DNA of 63,999 nt, counting the filler, from Jimgerdemannia flammicorona (taxonomy: Eukaryota), in assembly GCA_003990765.1 (NCBI GenBank). It is 3 parts of 3 records of this genome, joined end to end, with 100 filler letters (N's around TTAATTAATTAA, not from the genome) between each part and the next. Parts side by side here need not be neighbours in the genome. Positions count along the whole stretch, not along the records: positions 1 to 21,553 come from RBNJ01001428.1; positions 21,654 to 43,205 come from RBNJ01001429.1; 1 more part is not named here. One strand, given 5' to 3'. Shown here piece by piece: positions 11,496 to 24,096 of this stretch. The notes beneath the pieces are model-generated. The model made no database searches, was not told where the DNA came from, and saw nothing but the letters and a program-made list of their open reading frames with translations. A program made the position numbers and the translations under genes. Every line of letters begins with the position of its first letter. The first letter of the stretch is position 1.

Positions 11496-13922
11496 AAAAC
11501 ATTCTTGTCCTCTCCGGGGTCTCACGCTCACTCTGGGGTCTCAGCCTTACTCTGCTCCCCTCTGTTGTCTTTGGCCCCTCACTTCGCTTGGGCTTGCTGT
11601 GGCTCACTCCATTTTGGCCTCACCCCTCACTCACGCTCACCCCTCTGGAGTCTGCAGATGTTTTTTAATCTCAATTTGGATTTGTTTTGTTTGTGTTTAT
11701 TTGTAATTTTTATCCTATAACTAGGATTGGCTCCCCCTTTATCTCTGCCTATCTCCAGCAGTCATGTGGTTCCTAATTCGGTTTGCCCTGAGTTGTGGCA
11801 CATCCTCTCTTTTGGGATGTCATATTTTGTATATAAGGACTGTATTTTTACATGGCAATAAATGGCTGATGCATTTTTGGTTATATTCTTTGTTTATTCT
11901 CCTTATATATGCCTTTCCACATATCTTCCATTTGCTTTAACACTGGCTCTGGGTTTGCTCCCTTAGCTCCTGCTGGGCCTTCTTCCTCCTCAGCAAGAAA
12001 TAGAAACAAGCAATAGATGAGGAATATGATTTACTTATTGAGAATAATATATGAGATCTTATGTCCCTTTTACCTAATCATTAAGTAATTAGATCTAAGT
12101 GAGTACATATATAGAATAAAACACAATGCCAATGGTAATATAGGGTAGTATAAAGCTCATTTCATTACCAAGAGTTATTTACAAGATTATAGCATAGATT
12201 ATGATGAGATATTTTCACCAATATTCAAGCTTACTTTACAGAATACTCCTTGTAATTGGCATGGTATATGATCTTGAAATCTATTAAATAGATATCAAGA
12301 TGATATTCCTGAATGATGATATAGATACTAAACTATATAATAGTCCAAATGGTAAGTTTATATATAAATTATACATATAAAGGACTATACAGTATCAAGC
12401 AAGTAGTGTACTTATAGAATAAAAAGATTAATAAATATCTTCTTGATAATAGATTTATATGATGTAAAGTAGATAATTATATATATATTCAGTATTATAA
12501 TGATGGCATCATAGTATTCATTAGTATATAGGTAGATGATATTATTATTATTACTAGTAAGAACAGGTTTAACAGAGTAAAGAAAACTCTATACTAAGAA
12601 TTCAAGATAACCAATATGGTTAATATATCTTTTCTTTTGAGGATATTGATTATATGTGATAGGAATATGTATACCATATACCTCTCACAAGGAATATATA
12701 TCAAAGCTATCCTTGAATACTTTAATATAAATAAGTATAAGTCTGTTACATAGCACTTCTATGGATACTTCTATGAAATTAAGAAAGCCAGATACTACTC
12801 CTGAGAATAATAACAATATGTCTACCAAGAATAGTACTAATATTCTCTATTGATAAGCAGTCAGTTCTCTTATATATCTCATACTTGAAATGAGGCCTAA
12901 TATGTCATATATCATGAATAATGTGGTGCAGTACTCCTTCTACTATAATAATTCATATTGGAGTACTATTAAAAGAATATTCAGATATCTAAAGAGTATA
13001 GTATACTATATGCTCACATTGAGTAGTAATATTGAATTAAGCAGGAGCAATAGCAAGAGCAATAGCAAGAGCAATAGTAAGAGCAACAACAAGAGCAATG
13101 GCATCTAGCTATCTGGCATATGTGATACTAATTAGGCCAGAGACTTAGATGATTATTGATCTATGACCAGATATCTCTTCTATATTGGTGATCAAGAATC
13201 TGTTATCTCATGACAAATATATAAGTAATTCTCTATTACAATATCATCTATACAAGCTAAATATCAGGCTTTATCATTGGTAATAAAAGAAGCCATATAG
13301 CTTTGTGAATTATTAAAGAAGCTCAGCTTTACTCAAGAAAGTACTATACTATATCAAGATAACCAGTCTATGATTACACTCATCAAGAATCTGATATACT
13401 ATAGCAGAATGAAATATATCGATATATAGTATCATTTTATATATATATAAATATATAGAAATCAGTACTATATACCTAGAATATATCTCTATAGAGTATA
13501 TGATTACTAATTTACTTATAAAAGCTCTTTCAAAGCTGAAGTTCAAGCTATATTATAAAGAAATGAGTCTTATACTAGCATTTGCTTAATTATGGAATAT
13601 TTTTCAAGCTGCAAAAACCTCTCTTACTGTATTATATATTACATATATATTTGATATCTATAAGTAGATTACATATATTACATTCTTTATATTCTTCATC
13701 TATGGATATTTTCAGATATATTTCAGAATACTTTTCAACCTACAAAAATTTCTTACTGGTCTTTTACTATATTCTTTACCTATTTTCATACTTATAAGTA
13801 GGAAATTTTGACCTTTTGTAGTTATCTAGATAGTATCTCATTAGTCATATTTAGTTTACTCTAGTTTACTTCTATTTTAGTTTGTATTCTTTTTTTAGAT
13901 TATATATCTTATTGAGTGAGAG

Positions 13923-13994
13923 TATTGATATGGCAACTCAATAGGCCAGTATGTAATCTATATAACTTCAATAAAGTACCTCTCTTTTATAATA
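13923..13994 (+). repeat. Short Copia 3' LTR (shorter than the 17326-17454 copy)
   Basis: Follows purine tract GAGTGAGAG; TATTGA(TGTTGA)...TATAATA; both ends match 17326-17454. Confidence 0.65.
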
Positions 13995-15244
13995 ATTATA
14001 AAAAAAGAGAAAAAGAGAATAATAGTAAAAAAAGCAAAAAACATTAAGCCAATAGTATAAATACTAATATATACTAGTGAATTATTCTTTATAGAGATAT
14101 ATAATATATACAGATATCAATTTAGAAGATAATCTAGAGACTGGTAAAAAATGCTCTAGTAATAAGGATCAAATCTATATCTATTAGCAATTCCAGCATC
14201 AGTTCTATGAGATCTAGTTTTATCTATCTATTATCTATATATAAGTAGTACTCTTAACAGATTAAATTTATTCAGATAAAATTCAAATTAGATTATTTTT
14301 ATAATTTAATTTAAATTAATCTAGATCAATTTGAATCTTTGAAATTTGAATCTTTAATACTATTATTTCTTTTTTATATATATTTGAACACATTCAATAC
14401 ACTATCTTTAGATCTACTATCTTTGTTATATATAATACTATATTCTTTTTCTTTCTTAGAGAGACTATTACTTGATATATTACTTATTTTAAAACTCTCT
14501 ATTATTTACTTCAGTTGTTTAATATTGTCTTAACTCATCACTTATTCCAATATATATTGATCATTATATCTCAACTTATCATTCAATTCAATATGTTTTA
14601 ACTTATTATTTAATCTAAATATCTCAACTTATCACTTAATCTAATATATTTAATTCAATATATCTCATTTAATATACTTTAACTTATCACTCATTTTAAT
14701 ATATCTTACTGCTCATTTCAGTTAGTAGAAAAGAAAAAAAAATAATAATATAAGATTTAGAATATTTAGAATTTTTCTTATTATATAGTTTGAAATCTTA
14801 CTCTATCTTTTTGTCTTTTCAATATTTCTTTTTGAAGAGGGAGAGTCACTGCTTATTTCAGTATCCTCTTATTACTTAATCTAGCATCTTTTTTATCTCT
14901 TTTCAATTTGATATAGCCTTGCTTTATTTTGCCTCATTACATCACTTATTCAATGTTACACTACTCATTCAATTTATTTAATCAATTAATAAGATAATTA
15001 ATTAATTTAGATAAGTTGAATAAATTAATTAATTTACTTATATTAATTATTTTATCTTATTATCTTACCTATTGATAAGTTCACAAACAAATAAATAATA
15101 GTACTTAATTCTTTTATATATTATATTCTATCTTATCCTATCTTATTTAATAATTTTCAAAAGAGAGAATATTTGAGATAGAAAAGTAATTTTAGCTAAT
15201 AATATTAAATTTTTTCTTATATAGATAGTATATAAGCTATATAC

Positions 15245-16808
15245 TGTCACATAGTGGTCACTAAGCCCTTCAAATATGTCAAATTCTCTTTAAGGTATAT
15301 CTCTTAGATTAACTCAAGTTTGTTATAAGTAAGTTCTTATTAAAGTGCCTTCCCAAGGTCTTATAGTCCTCAAACTTCTTATCTTTAACTGTCTTATTAT
15401 CTCTTAGATTGCTTACAAGAAAGTGTGTATATTGCACTGAGTTGACTGACTTTATTTCAGAGGAAATAAGAGGAGTATTTATACAATATATAATTCAATA
15501 GTTGCTAAGATATAAAGCTAAATATAAATTCCAATAACTAAAATAAAATGCCAGGACTGGAAAAACTGCTAAATTCTAGGGTTGGTACTAATGATTGTAT
15601 AGATTCAGGATGCTGGTATAATTTGGTGTCACATCAGAATACCAATGCTGGTATTATTCAGTATTATATCAAAATACTAGTGCTGGAACAATTCTGTGTC
15701 ACCTAAAAATTAGAGCAGAATGTTCAAGACCATAGGGGCTTTATCATCAGAGGTCAGGATATCTTCAAAGGAGATGAGGTCCACAAATGTCTCATCTGTC
15801 TCATTGTTGTCATTATATAGGTCATGTATCTTGCATATATCATACATTTTGCATACTTCGATGTTATGCAGAATGACATCATCACTGATGATGTCATCAT
15901 GTTCAGTGGCAGTAGTGAGGACAAGGAGATCTGGAGCTCTTCAGTCTATGAGGTTCTCTTCCACAAAATAGGAGACAAATGTGGGGTCTTGGGGAGGTCT
16001 AACCTAGATACTTGGGTCTTGGAATACTGAGATCAATCCTTATAGGAATTGGTCTGAGTTATTCTAGAGGATAGGATGCCAGAAGTCTTCTACTTCATCA
16101 CTATTGAGAGTGATAGTAGACTGGGCTTCTGTAGCCACTCTGGCTTCTAGTATATTGATACAGCAGGATGACAGGTCTCTGAAATCTGAGACTCTAATAT
16201 ACTCCAAGTTAGAGATCAACCATAGTGTATGCCTGAAGATCTGATAAATCTTCTTAGCTATCCTTATTTTATATATATCCATGGGAGTGGTATCTTATAG
16301 TTCTTGAGTACTGGCCTGTGGAAACTCCCGACAGAGGAGGTTTTCTATTTTATACTCCTACCATATTTAGAGGTATTCAGTAGCAATGGTGATTCTTGTT
16401 TCCATTTCATAGTAGTAGAGGATATAATGATAAGAGTTACTGATACCTAGGTTGACACTAGGATTCCTTCTTGAGTGGGTCCTCATGGCTCTTCTGATGT
16501 CTTGAAACATCCTTTCTTTGACTGAGATACCTTGGTGGTTCCTTGATCTTGAGGTTTGGCAGACAGCAGGCATTTCATTTATAGTGAGTCTTTGAGCTAT
16601 TTTGGGATTGGTGGGTCTTGTTGGTTACTGTTACTGTAGTTCCTTGATCCTTCTTTTATATTCCTCAGGATACTTGTACTATGGTCACAATGACTTACAG
16701 TTAGTCATCATTACTCATCTTGTCTGCTGTATGATCTTCTTGTACTCTGATCTGGTAAAGAAAGACTGTCTCTTGTACTTATGTCATCATTCTGGAGTCA
16801 CTGTTACA
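15245..16808 (-). mobile_element. Solo LTR of family A with decayed ORF (16573-15710)
   Basis: TGTCAC...GTTACA bounded by ATAC on both sides (15241-44, 16809-12); colinear with 47078-48607. Confidence 0.93.
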
Positions 16809-17325
16809 ATACTTATAAAAAGTAGTAATGATGGTGATGATAGTAATAATAGTAATAATAATAATAGTGGTAGAGGGAAGTTCTGATAAAAAATTATAGA
16901 GATCCTTTAGATTATAGAATTCATTAATCTTATAGCTATATATATAGCAATCTCTATAAAGCAGCCAATAGTAAATATAGGATATAATTGTATTTTAATT
17001 ACAGAATGACTGATTTCACATTGAGCTTTTTTTTTTTTTTCTTAGAGTCTACAACTCTATAGTAAGATCTGCTAACTTTATTTACAACATCTGGTTAAGA
17101 TGAAGAAAGATAAGAGAATAATTCAAAATATATCTTTAGTATATAACCAAGCTATTGAGTCAATATATTATATAGCAGAGATCTTAAAAGAAATAGAAAT
17201 AAGTCTTTATAAGTATTCTTATATAACTTAACTATATATAACTTAATCTTCTTTTAATAAAATTTTATCTAAACTTATATATAACTCATAACTCAAACTA
17301 TAATTTATCCTTAGATTAAGACTTA

Positions 17326-20135
17326 TATTAGGATAGTAACTCAATATACTAGTATGTGACCTTATGTCATTCTATCAGATTTATGTCATTCATTCAGTAA
17401 TATAGAGCAATATATAACCTATGTGACTTTAATAAAGTGCCTCTCTTTATAACAAAGATTATGAGTCCTACTAGTACTAAGCAGCTATAGCAAAATATCT
17501 CTTTAAATATACTACATACATATATACTAGAAATGTCAGAAGACCAGCCTAGTAATATAAGTATGGAAATAGATATACCAATCATAAGCATTCTACTAAC
17601 TATGGATGTAACCTCAATAAGTATAGAAAATACAGTTCTGGTTATTAGTATAAACACAGCTAAGAGGTCTATCCCAATCTTTAATGAGAAAGACTATATT
17701 TTATATAACAAATCTCCTCAACAAATATAACTTAGTAGAGTATATAAAGTTATAAGTACTAATTTAAGATTATGATTCTGCAAATGATCATTAAGCATTA
17801 TGTGAAATTATATTTATATTATCAAACTTGTAAATAAAGCTTGTATGATAGCTCATAAGATGTGAAAAGCCCTATATAAGTATCATATATAAGTATCTAC
17901 ATTGAATCAATTCTACTTTGAATAAAGCCAAAGAAGATTATCTGTAATTTTGCAAGTTGTATTAACAATCTAGTAAATCAAGTAAGTTCTCTCAGTATAT
18001 CTACAGATTGTATTAATAATGAAGATAAGATTATAGCACTTATCAGAAGACTTCTGGATATATATAATATTATTATTATAGCTATATGTAAGCGCAGCAG
18101 CCTTTCAGATTATGCCCACATAATAACAAGTCTCATAAATGAGAAAATGTATCAAGAAAATAGTATCAATAATGATGAGAATACTTTTTATAGGTCTTGT
18201 AAATGTGGAAGTACTAAATAAGATCAAAAGTATAGTCAATAAGACTAGTAAATCCAAACTTAAGCTCAATAATACAATAACTAGTCCACTAATTAATTAA
18301 TTATATATAATGGTTACTGTGAATACTACAGTAAGTATAGATATAGGAAATACCATTATTATCATTAGAAGAATGACAAGAAGAGTAGTAAAAATAAGCA
18401 ATAATGTAGAAGTCAGTATTAATAATATATGTAGGAGTAGTAGAAAGAACTATTGAAGAAAGCATAGCAATCAAATACTGCTGAAACTGATGAAAGCAGT
18501 AATCTATATTTTGTATAAGCTACTAGCTCTATTACTAATTCTACCAGCATGAGATCTATATCTATGACAAGTAGTTCCACTAGTATAAAATCTACTATAT
18601 CTATAAAACCTGGTTAGAAAGATAATAATTTTAGACTAAAAAGTTCTACCAATTCCATTAGTAATACCAGTTCTGCTAGTGTGAGATCTACCATTAAATC
18701 TACCAACCCATTATCTATGAATTCCAGTCAATAAAATACTTTTTAGCTGACAAAAAGTAGTGATAATGTCAACCATATACCCAGTAGTGAATTCATCAAT
18801 ACAGCTGATGATAATAATATCTGACTTATAGATTCTGAAGTTATACAATATATAATATCATACAGAGAATAGTTCTCTATATACCAATTATTCAAACACT
18901 CTATATCTATTAAACTAAGAGATAATAATATCATCTATACTCAAGAAAAGAGAAATGTCAGCATATATCTCTATAGGAATATTATCAAGCTCACTGCTAC
19001 TCTTGGAGATATACTGTATACTCCAGAGATAGGAAAGAACCTCTTCTCTATAGAGAAAATAATATCTCAAGGTAACAAAGAGATATATACATATATTCAA
19101 AGGGTACAATAGCATATAATTTACATAATAACAAAAGACTAATGATAGCTTTGAAATACAGAAATCTTTATATGATCAATGATATACTAAATAGTATAAA
19201 AGTCTCTACTTATGTAATGTAATGTAGCGGATGCTTACTCTTGAAAGTACGTCAGATTTCTGTATCTTGAAAACTTGACTGTTCTGACTCTCGCAGAGTC
19301 TCTTGAAGTGGCAGGGGAGAGTGGGTGAGTTCAAAGTGTATCTGCCCGCAGGCTTACTAGTTCCTTTGCTATCTCTTTGCTTTGAACTATTTCAATCTGA
19401 GGTTTATTCACTCAAAGATACTGGGTTATTTATACAAGTTTGCTAGCTATGAGAGGGTGGCTAAGTAATAAATGAGTCATTTGGACTTTGTTGAAACATT
19501 TGGACAATGTCTAAATGCTATACTAAATCGGGGTATCTGATTTGGATAATGTCCAAAATTTAGACAATGTCTAAGAAATTAGACAATGTCGAAATCGCGG
19601 ACTGCTAACTATAATGCTATACTACTTTGGGAATGGGTGCGATCAAGTGTCTATTCCCTATTTCCTTCTTCCAAATCTGGCTGTACTGTCACAGTAATAA
19701 CTATATCTGATATATTCAATATATAGCATCAATGCTTAGGACATATTAGCAAGATGAGTCTTAAATATATACATATATAATAAAAAGTGACTCAGTGAAA
19801 AGATTGCCAGTATATATATATTTGGAGAATAACTTTTGTAAAGTATGTATAGAAAACAAAGCCTCTCAGTGACTATTTGAAGAATAACTAAAGTATACCT
19901 TGGAGATCCTTAATCTAATCTATATGAATATATGTGGTCTGATACATATCTTATCACATTCTAGTAAGAGATATTTTCTAATATTTATTGACAATCATAT
20001 ATATAAGGCATATGTATATTTTCTATCAATAAAGAGTAAAGTCTTGGAGAAATTCAAAGAATTTAAAGCAATCACTAAGAATGAAATAGAATATAGAATA
20101 TATGCTATATACTCAGATAATAGATGCAAATATAT
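17326..20135 (+). mobile_element. Second Ty1/Copia relic, 5' part (LTR 17326-17454, PBS, gag, protease, start of integrase)
   Basis: PBS-like GATTATGAGTCC (decayed GGTTATGAGCCC) at 17457; 19091-20135 colinear with 6075-6640; LIYMNICGLI..KRYFLIFIDNH integrase motif. Confidence 0.85.
19218..19693 (-). mobile_element. Solo LTR (476 bp) related to the family B core, no ORF
   Basis: TGT...ACA flanked by GTAA/GTAA (19214-17, 19694-97); 19397-19451 is the reverse complement of ~5320-5375. Confidence 0.85.
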
Positions 20136-21553
20136 TATAATGTGCTGGCTCAATGGAGGCAAATTACAAGGTTGGGGGTTGATGTAGTTTGGCTTGAGCC
20201 CCCAGTTACTTTGTCAAAAGCAACAAAATATTCTAAGATTCCTGAGATCCTTGGTATTTAGTAGTATAATAGTCAAAGCTGGATATCTATGAGTGGTTTC
20301 CTTATTGGGACTGTTCTCTGGGTGTAGCAGCGATTTGTGTGTGAATGGGTTTCCTTCTTGGGTCAACTGGGAATGCCACAATAATTTATATAGCACGACG
20401 ATCTCCAAAAGTATGCAATTTCTGGGTGTGACAGTCTGGCAATTTAGCAGTTCTCCTTCTTGGGTGGTGGGCGATCTTCATGTAGCACGGCGATCTCTGT
20501 GTAGCATGACGGGTTTCCAAAAGTATGCAGTTTCTGGTGGATGACTCGATTCGGCTCTCTGGGAATTATATGGCATGGATTCTTCTATAGGCTTACTAGG
20601 AATAATGAAGAACTTGGATGGCTCTTCTGGGAATGCGGATAACTCGAAAGTGGCAGATGATGCAGATTTGGCAGGCTTCTTGAAAACAGTGGCTTAACTG
20701 GGAATTAACTCGGATGGCGCGGATTCTTCCTGAATTGGCAGGCTCTAACTGGGAAACGGGATGGCATGGATTCTTCCTGAATCGGCAGACTTCTGGGAAA
20801 TAACTCGGGTGGCGCAGATTCTTCTAAATCAGCAGCTTCGACTGGAAATATGAACTACTGGCGGCATTCTTTGGGAAAGGGTCTCTTGGCAAAGTTATAT
20901 CAAAGACTGGCTTCGTTTGCACGGGGTTACGTCATAGACTGGCTCTACTGTGAAGTTGCATCAGAAACTGGCTTGAGCAAGGTGGCTTTCTCTTAGGCGG
21001 CAGAAAGGTGGAAATCTTCAGGCTTATCTGGCAAGTGAACCAAGGGTTTCTCTTCAAAAGGCAGTGAAGTTCTTCTTGAACTTAGGTGGCAAGTCTTCAG
21101 GCTTATCTGGCAAGTGAACCAAAAACATAACAAACTCTTCTTTGTATCGGAAAGTGGACCGGAGTGGGAATAAGGGGACCAATTGCTCAATCTTTAGAGG
21201 CTTCTTTGGTTTGCACTTCAATTCAGACTGAGGTTTTATTCACTCTCACCTCTGGAGTAATTTATACAAGTTGGTTGCTATCTGGTTACTATGTGGCTAA
21301 CTATAGATTTGCTATCTTCGGTAATGTTTGGGTGTGTCCTCTGGGTACAGGTGTGTCCACAGGACATGAGTGTGTCCACAGGACATGAGTGTGTCTGCAG
21401 GACATGAGTGTGTCCACCGAACATGAGTGTGTCCGCAGGACACAGATAAACAATCCTGATCTGGTGTCTTGGCTAATTATAAGTGTGGCGGGCATGAGTA
21501 ACTATGATACACTGGAAGTCACATCATGCTGAGTAAGTATGCTAATTGTTTGC
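20136..21553 (-). mobile_element. LTR 'family C' inserted in the Copia integrase, cut by the contig end
   Basis: 20136-20205 is the reverse complement of ~40705-40771; minus-strand TATA/AATAAA/TCAGT core at ~21227-21268. Confidence 0.8.
21350..21443. repeat. 20-bp tandem repeat (GGACATGAGTGTGTCCACA-like) x4-5 inside the LTR
   Basis: Direct reading; each unit is quasi-palindromic (GGACA...TGTCC). Confidence 0.85.
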
Positions 21554-21653
21554 NNNNNNNNNNNNNNNNNNNNNNNNNNNNNNNNNNNNNNNNNNNNTTA
21601 ATTAATTAANNNNNNNNNNNNNNNNNNNNNNNNNNNNNNNNNNNNNNNNNNNN
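21554..21653. other. Artificial contig spacer (N44-TTAATTAATTAA-N44)
   Basis: 100-bp spacer with a linker giving stops in all six frames. Confidence 0.98.
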
Positions 21654-21862
21654 CACCGCTCACCACAGATGGCCCTGGCATCCCCAACCCATCTCCTCTT
21701 TTCCTCCCAACCTGCTGCCAGTCGAAGGCATGGCTGCCCCCCTGGCCGACCTGCCCACCAGTTTGCTCATTGCTCGCCATGTTGATAGTAGCTTTTCACC
21801 AAAAACTTCGCAGAAAGTGTTGTCCAATTCTTGTGTCACCTGAATGTTACCGGTGAAAGGTG
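21654..21862 (-). mobile_element. 5' end of a diverged L1/Tx1-type LINE, adjoining the PLE
   Basis: Reverse complement CACCTTTCACCGGTAACATTCAGG...ATGGCGAGC matches the 5' ends at 28118, 52122 and 62205; AFDWQQVGR shared. Confidence 0.85.
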
Positions 21863-22497
21863 CGGTGTTGGCTTTCATCTCTTTCCCGATGCCCTCTGAT
21901 TGCTCGCTCATGTCTTCCCTCTATTTCTTCTTCAATCCATCGCTCTCGTTTTGCGTTTTCATCACCTTCTGATGCCTTCGGTTCTGCCGGAGAGGATTAA
22001 AAAACATCCTTGCCCCCTCCGGGGTCTCGCACTCGCTCCGGGGTCTCGGCCTTACTCCACTCCCCTCCACTGCCTTCGGCCCCTTGCTTCGCTCAGGCTC
22101 ACTGCGGCTCGCTCCGTTTCGGCCTCACCCCTCGCTCGCGCTCACCCCTCTGGGGTCTGCGGATGTTTTTTAATCTCGATTTGGATTTGTTTTGTTTGTG
22201 TTTGTTTGTGATTTTTATCCTGCAACTGGGATTGGCTCTCCCTTTATCTCCGCCTATCTCCGGCAGTCATGTGGTTCCTAATTCGGTTTGCCCCGAGTTG
22301 TGGCGTGTCCTCCCTTTGGGATGTCGTATTTTGTATATAAGGACCGCGTTTTTACGTGGCAATAAATGGCTGATGCATTTTTGGTTATGTTCTTTGTTCG
22401 TCCCCCTTATACATGCTCTTCCACATGTCTTCTGTTCACTTTGACACTGGCTCTGGGTTCGCTCCCTTGGCTCCCGCTGGGCCTTCTTCCTCCTCCA
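21863..22497 (+). mobile_element. PLE 3' end and pLTR, less decayed copy (CpGs retained), abutting a family A LTR
   Basis: Colinear with 11362-11991. Confidence 0.9.
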
Positions 22498-23878
22498 CAA
22501 TAGCAGCAACTCAATAAGACCCACCAATCCCAAAATAGCTCAAAGACTTACCATAAATAAAATACCTGCTACTTACCAAACCTCAAGGTCAAGGAACCAC
22601 CAAGGTATCTCAGTTGAAGAAAGGATGTTCTAAGACATCAGAAGAGCTATGAGGACTTATACAAGAAGGATTTCTAGCCTCTATCTGGGTACTGCAGATC
22701 CTTATTACTTTATCCTCTACTGCCATGAAATGGAAACAAGGATCACTATTGCTACCAAATATCTCCAAATGTGGCAGAAGTACAAAATAGGAAATCTTCT
22801 CTATCAGAAGTTTCCACAAACCAGCCCTCAAGAGTTACAAGATGCTACTCCTATAGATATATATGAAACAAGGATAGCTAAGAAGATTCATCAGATCTTC
22901 AGACATACATTATGGTCAATCCCTAACTTAGAGTATGTTAGAGTCTCAGATTTCAAAGAACTGTCAGCCTGCTATATCAATATACTAGAAGCCAGAGTAG
23001 CTACAGAAGTCTAGTCTACCATTACCCTCAATAGTGATAAAGTAGAAGACTTCTGGCATCCTATCCTCCAGGACAACCCAGATCAATTCCTGCAAGGATT
23101 AATCTTAGTATTCTAAGACCCAAGCATCCAGGTTAGATCTCTCTAAGATTCTACATTTGTTCCTTATTTTGTAGAAGAGAATCTTATAGATTGGAGAGCC
23201 TCTGATTTCCCTGCCACTGAACATGATGATGTTATCAGTGATGACATCACCTATACAACATGCACAAAGTATGCAAAATGTGTAACCTATATGATGAGAC
23301 TGAAACATTTGTGGACCTCATCTCCTTTGAGGACAGTGATGATAAGGATAAAGCCTCCATGGTCCTGAATATTCTACTCTAAGTCCCTTAGTTATACTGA
23401 ATTATACCAACATTCTTTTCCTATATAACAGCTATTTCTCTACCAGTATTCTGATCTTGTGACTCAGAATTATTCCAGTACTATTTTTCAGTATTACTGA
23501 AATTATACCAGTATCCTAAACCTGTACAACCATCTGTGCTGACCCTGGAACTTGGCAGTTTTTTATATTCCAGCATTTTTATTTGGTTATTGAAATTTAT
23601 ATTTAGCTTTATATCTTAGCAATCATTGAATTATATTTTGTATAAATACCCTTCTTATTTCCTTTAAAATAAAGTCGGTTCTGGTTCACTTATATATAAT
23701 TTCTTATAAGCAATCTAAGAGATAACAAGATAGTTTAAAGATAAGAAGTTTGAGAACTATAAAACCTTGGGAAGACACTCCAATAAGAACTTGCTTATAA
23801 CAAACTTGAGTTAGTCTAAGAGATATATCTTGAAGAAAATCTGATATATTTGAAGAACTCAGCGACTACTATGTAATA
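22498..23878 (+). mobile_element. Family A LTR, 5' end replaced by the PLE; decayed ORF ~22560-23382
   Basis: ORF 22649-23014 matches the LTR protein; end ...ACTATGTAATA (decayed GTGACA) followed by ACAT, with no PBS. Confidence 0.88.
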
Positions 23879-24096
23879 ACATATATATATCAACAGATCA
23901 GTCTTCAACAGTTCATAGTACTGATGATACTTTAAGTCAAACATCCTCAATAGTTTCATACTTTCTATACAATCCTTATTCTAAAATCTAATTCTATTGT
24001 ACTAAGACTGAAGATAATGTTATTTATAATTATTATAGATAAAAAATTAAAAAAAGAAAATACATTTATGATATAACTAATGCTTTTGTTTGACAT

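Larger units (their letters stand above)
7530..11994 (+). mobile_element. Penelope-like element (PLE) without GIY-YIG endonuclease; inverted pLTR + direct pLTR - ORF1 - RT - pLTR
   Basis: PLE-type RT; 7530-7868 is the reverse complement of ~11657-11994; direct repeat 7854-8355 vs 11490-11994; Copia frame on both flanks. Confidence 0.88.
6075..13994 (+). mobile_element. Ty1/Copia relic (pre-integrase, integrase, RT, RNase H, 3' LTR), split by a Penelope-like element
   Basis: Decayed motifs: KSKVLKKFKEF and HQMIASYISQQNSMAE (IN); KKWKQAxDEEY ~11995; xVDD ~12532; RMKYIDI ~13407. Order IN-RT-RH. Confidence 0.88.

Noticed and set aside
11490..11994. Hammerhead ribozyme expected in PLE pLTRs
   Set aside because: No CTGANGA...GAAA core found by eye on either strand (nearest is CTGATGC); a covariance search could still find a variant.
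13045..13100. SNSK repeat in ORF 12890-13108
   Set aside because: 12-bp microsatellite expansion in the Copia RT-RNase H linker.
13995..15244. AT-rich stretch with TTTGAAT motifs and ~40-bp degenerate repeats, possibly a DNA transposon end
   Set aside because: Too decayed; no terminus, TSD or coding motif could be supported.
21350..21443. Palindromic 20-bp repeats resembling a CRISPR array
   Set aside because: Head-to-tail with no unique spacers, inside an LTR, and no cas genes.
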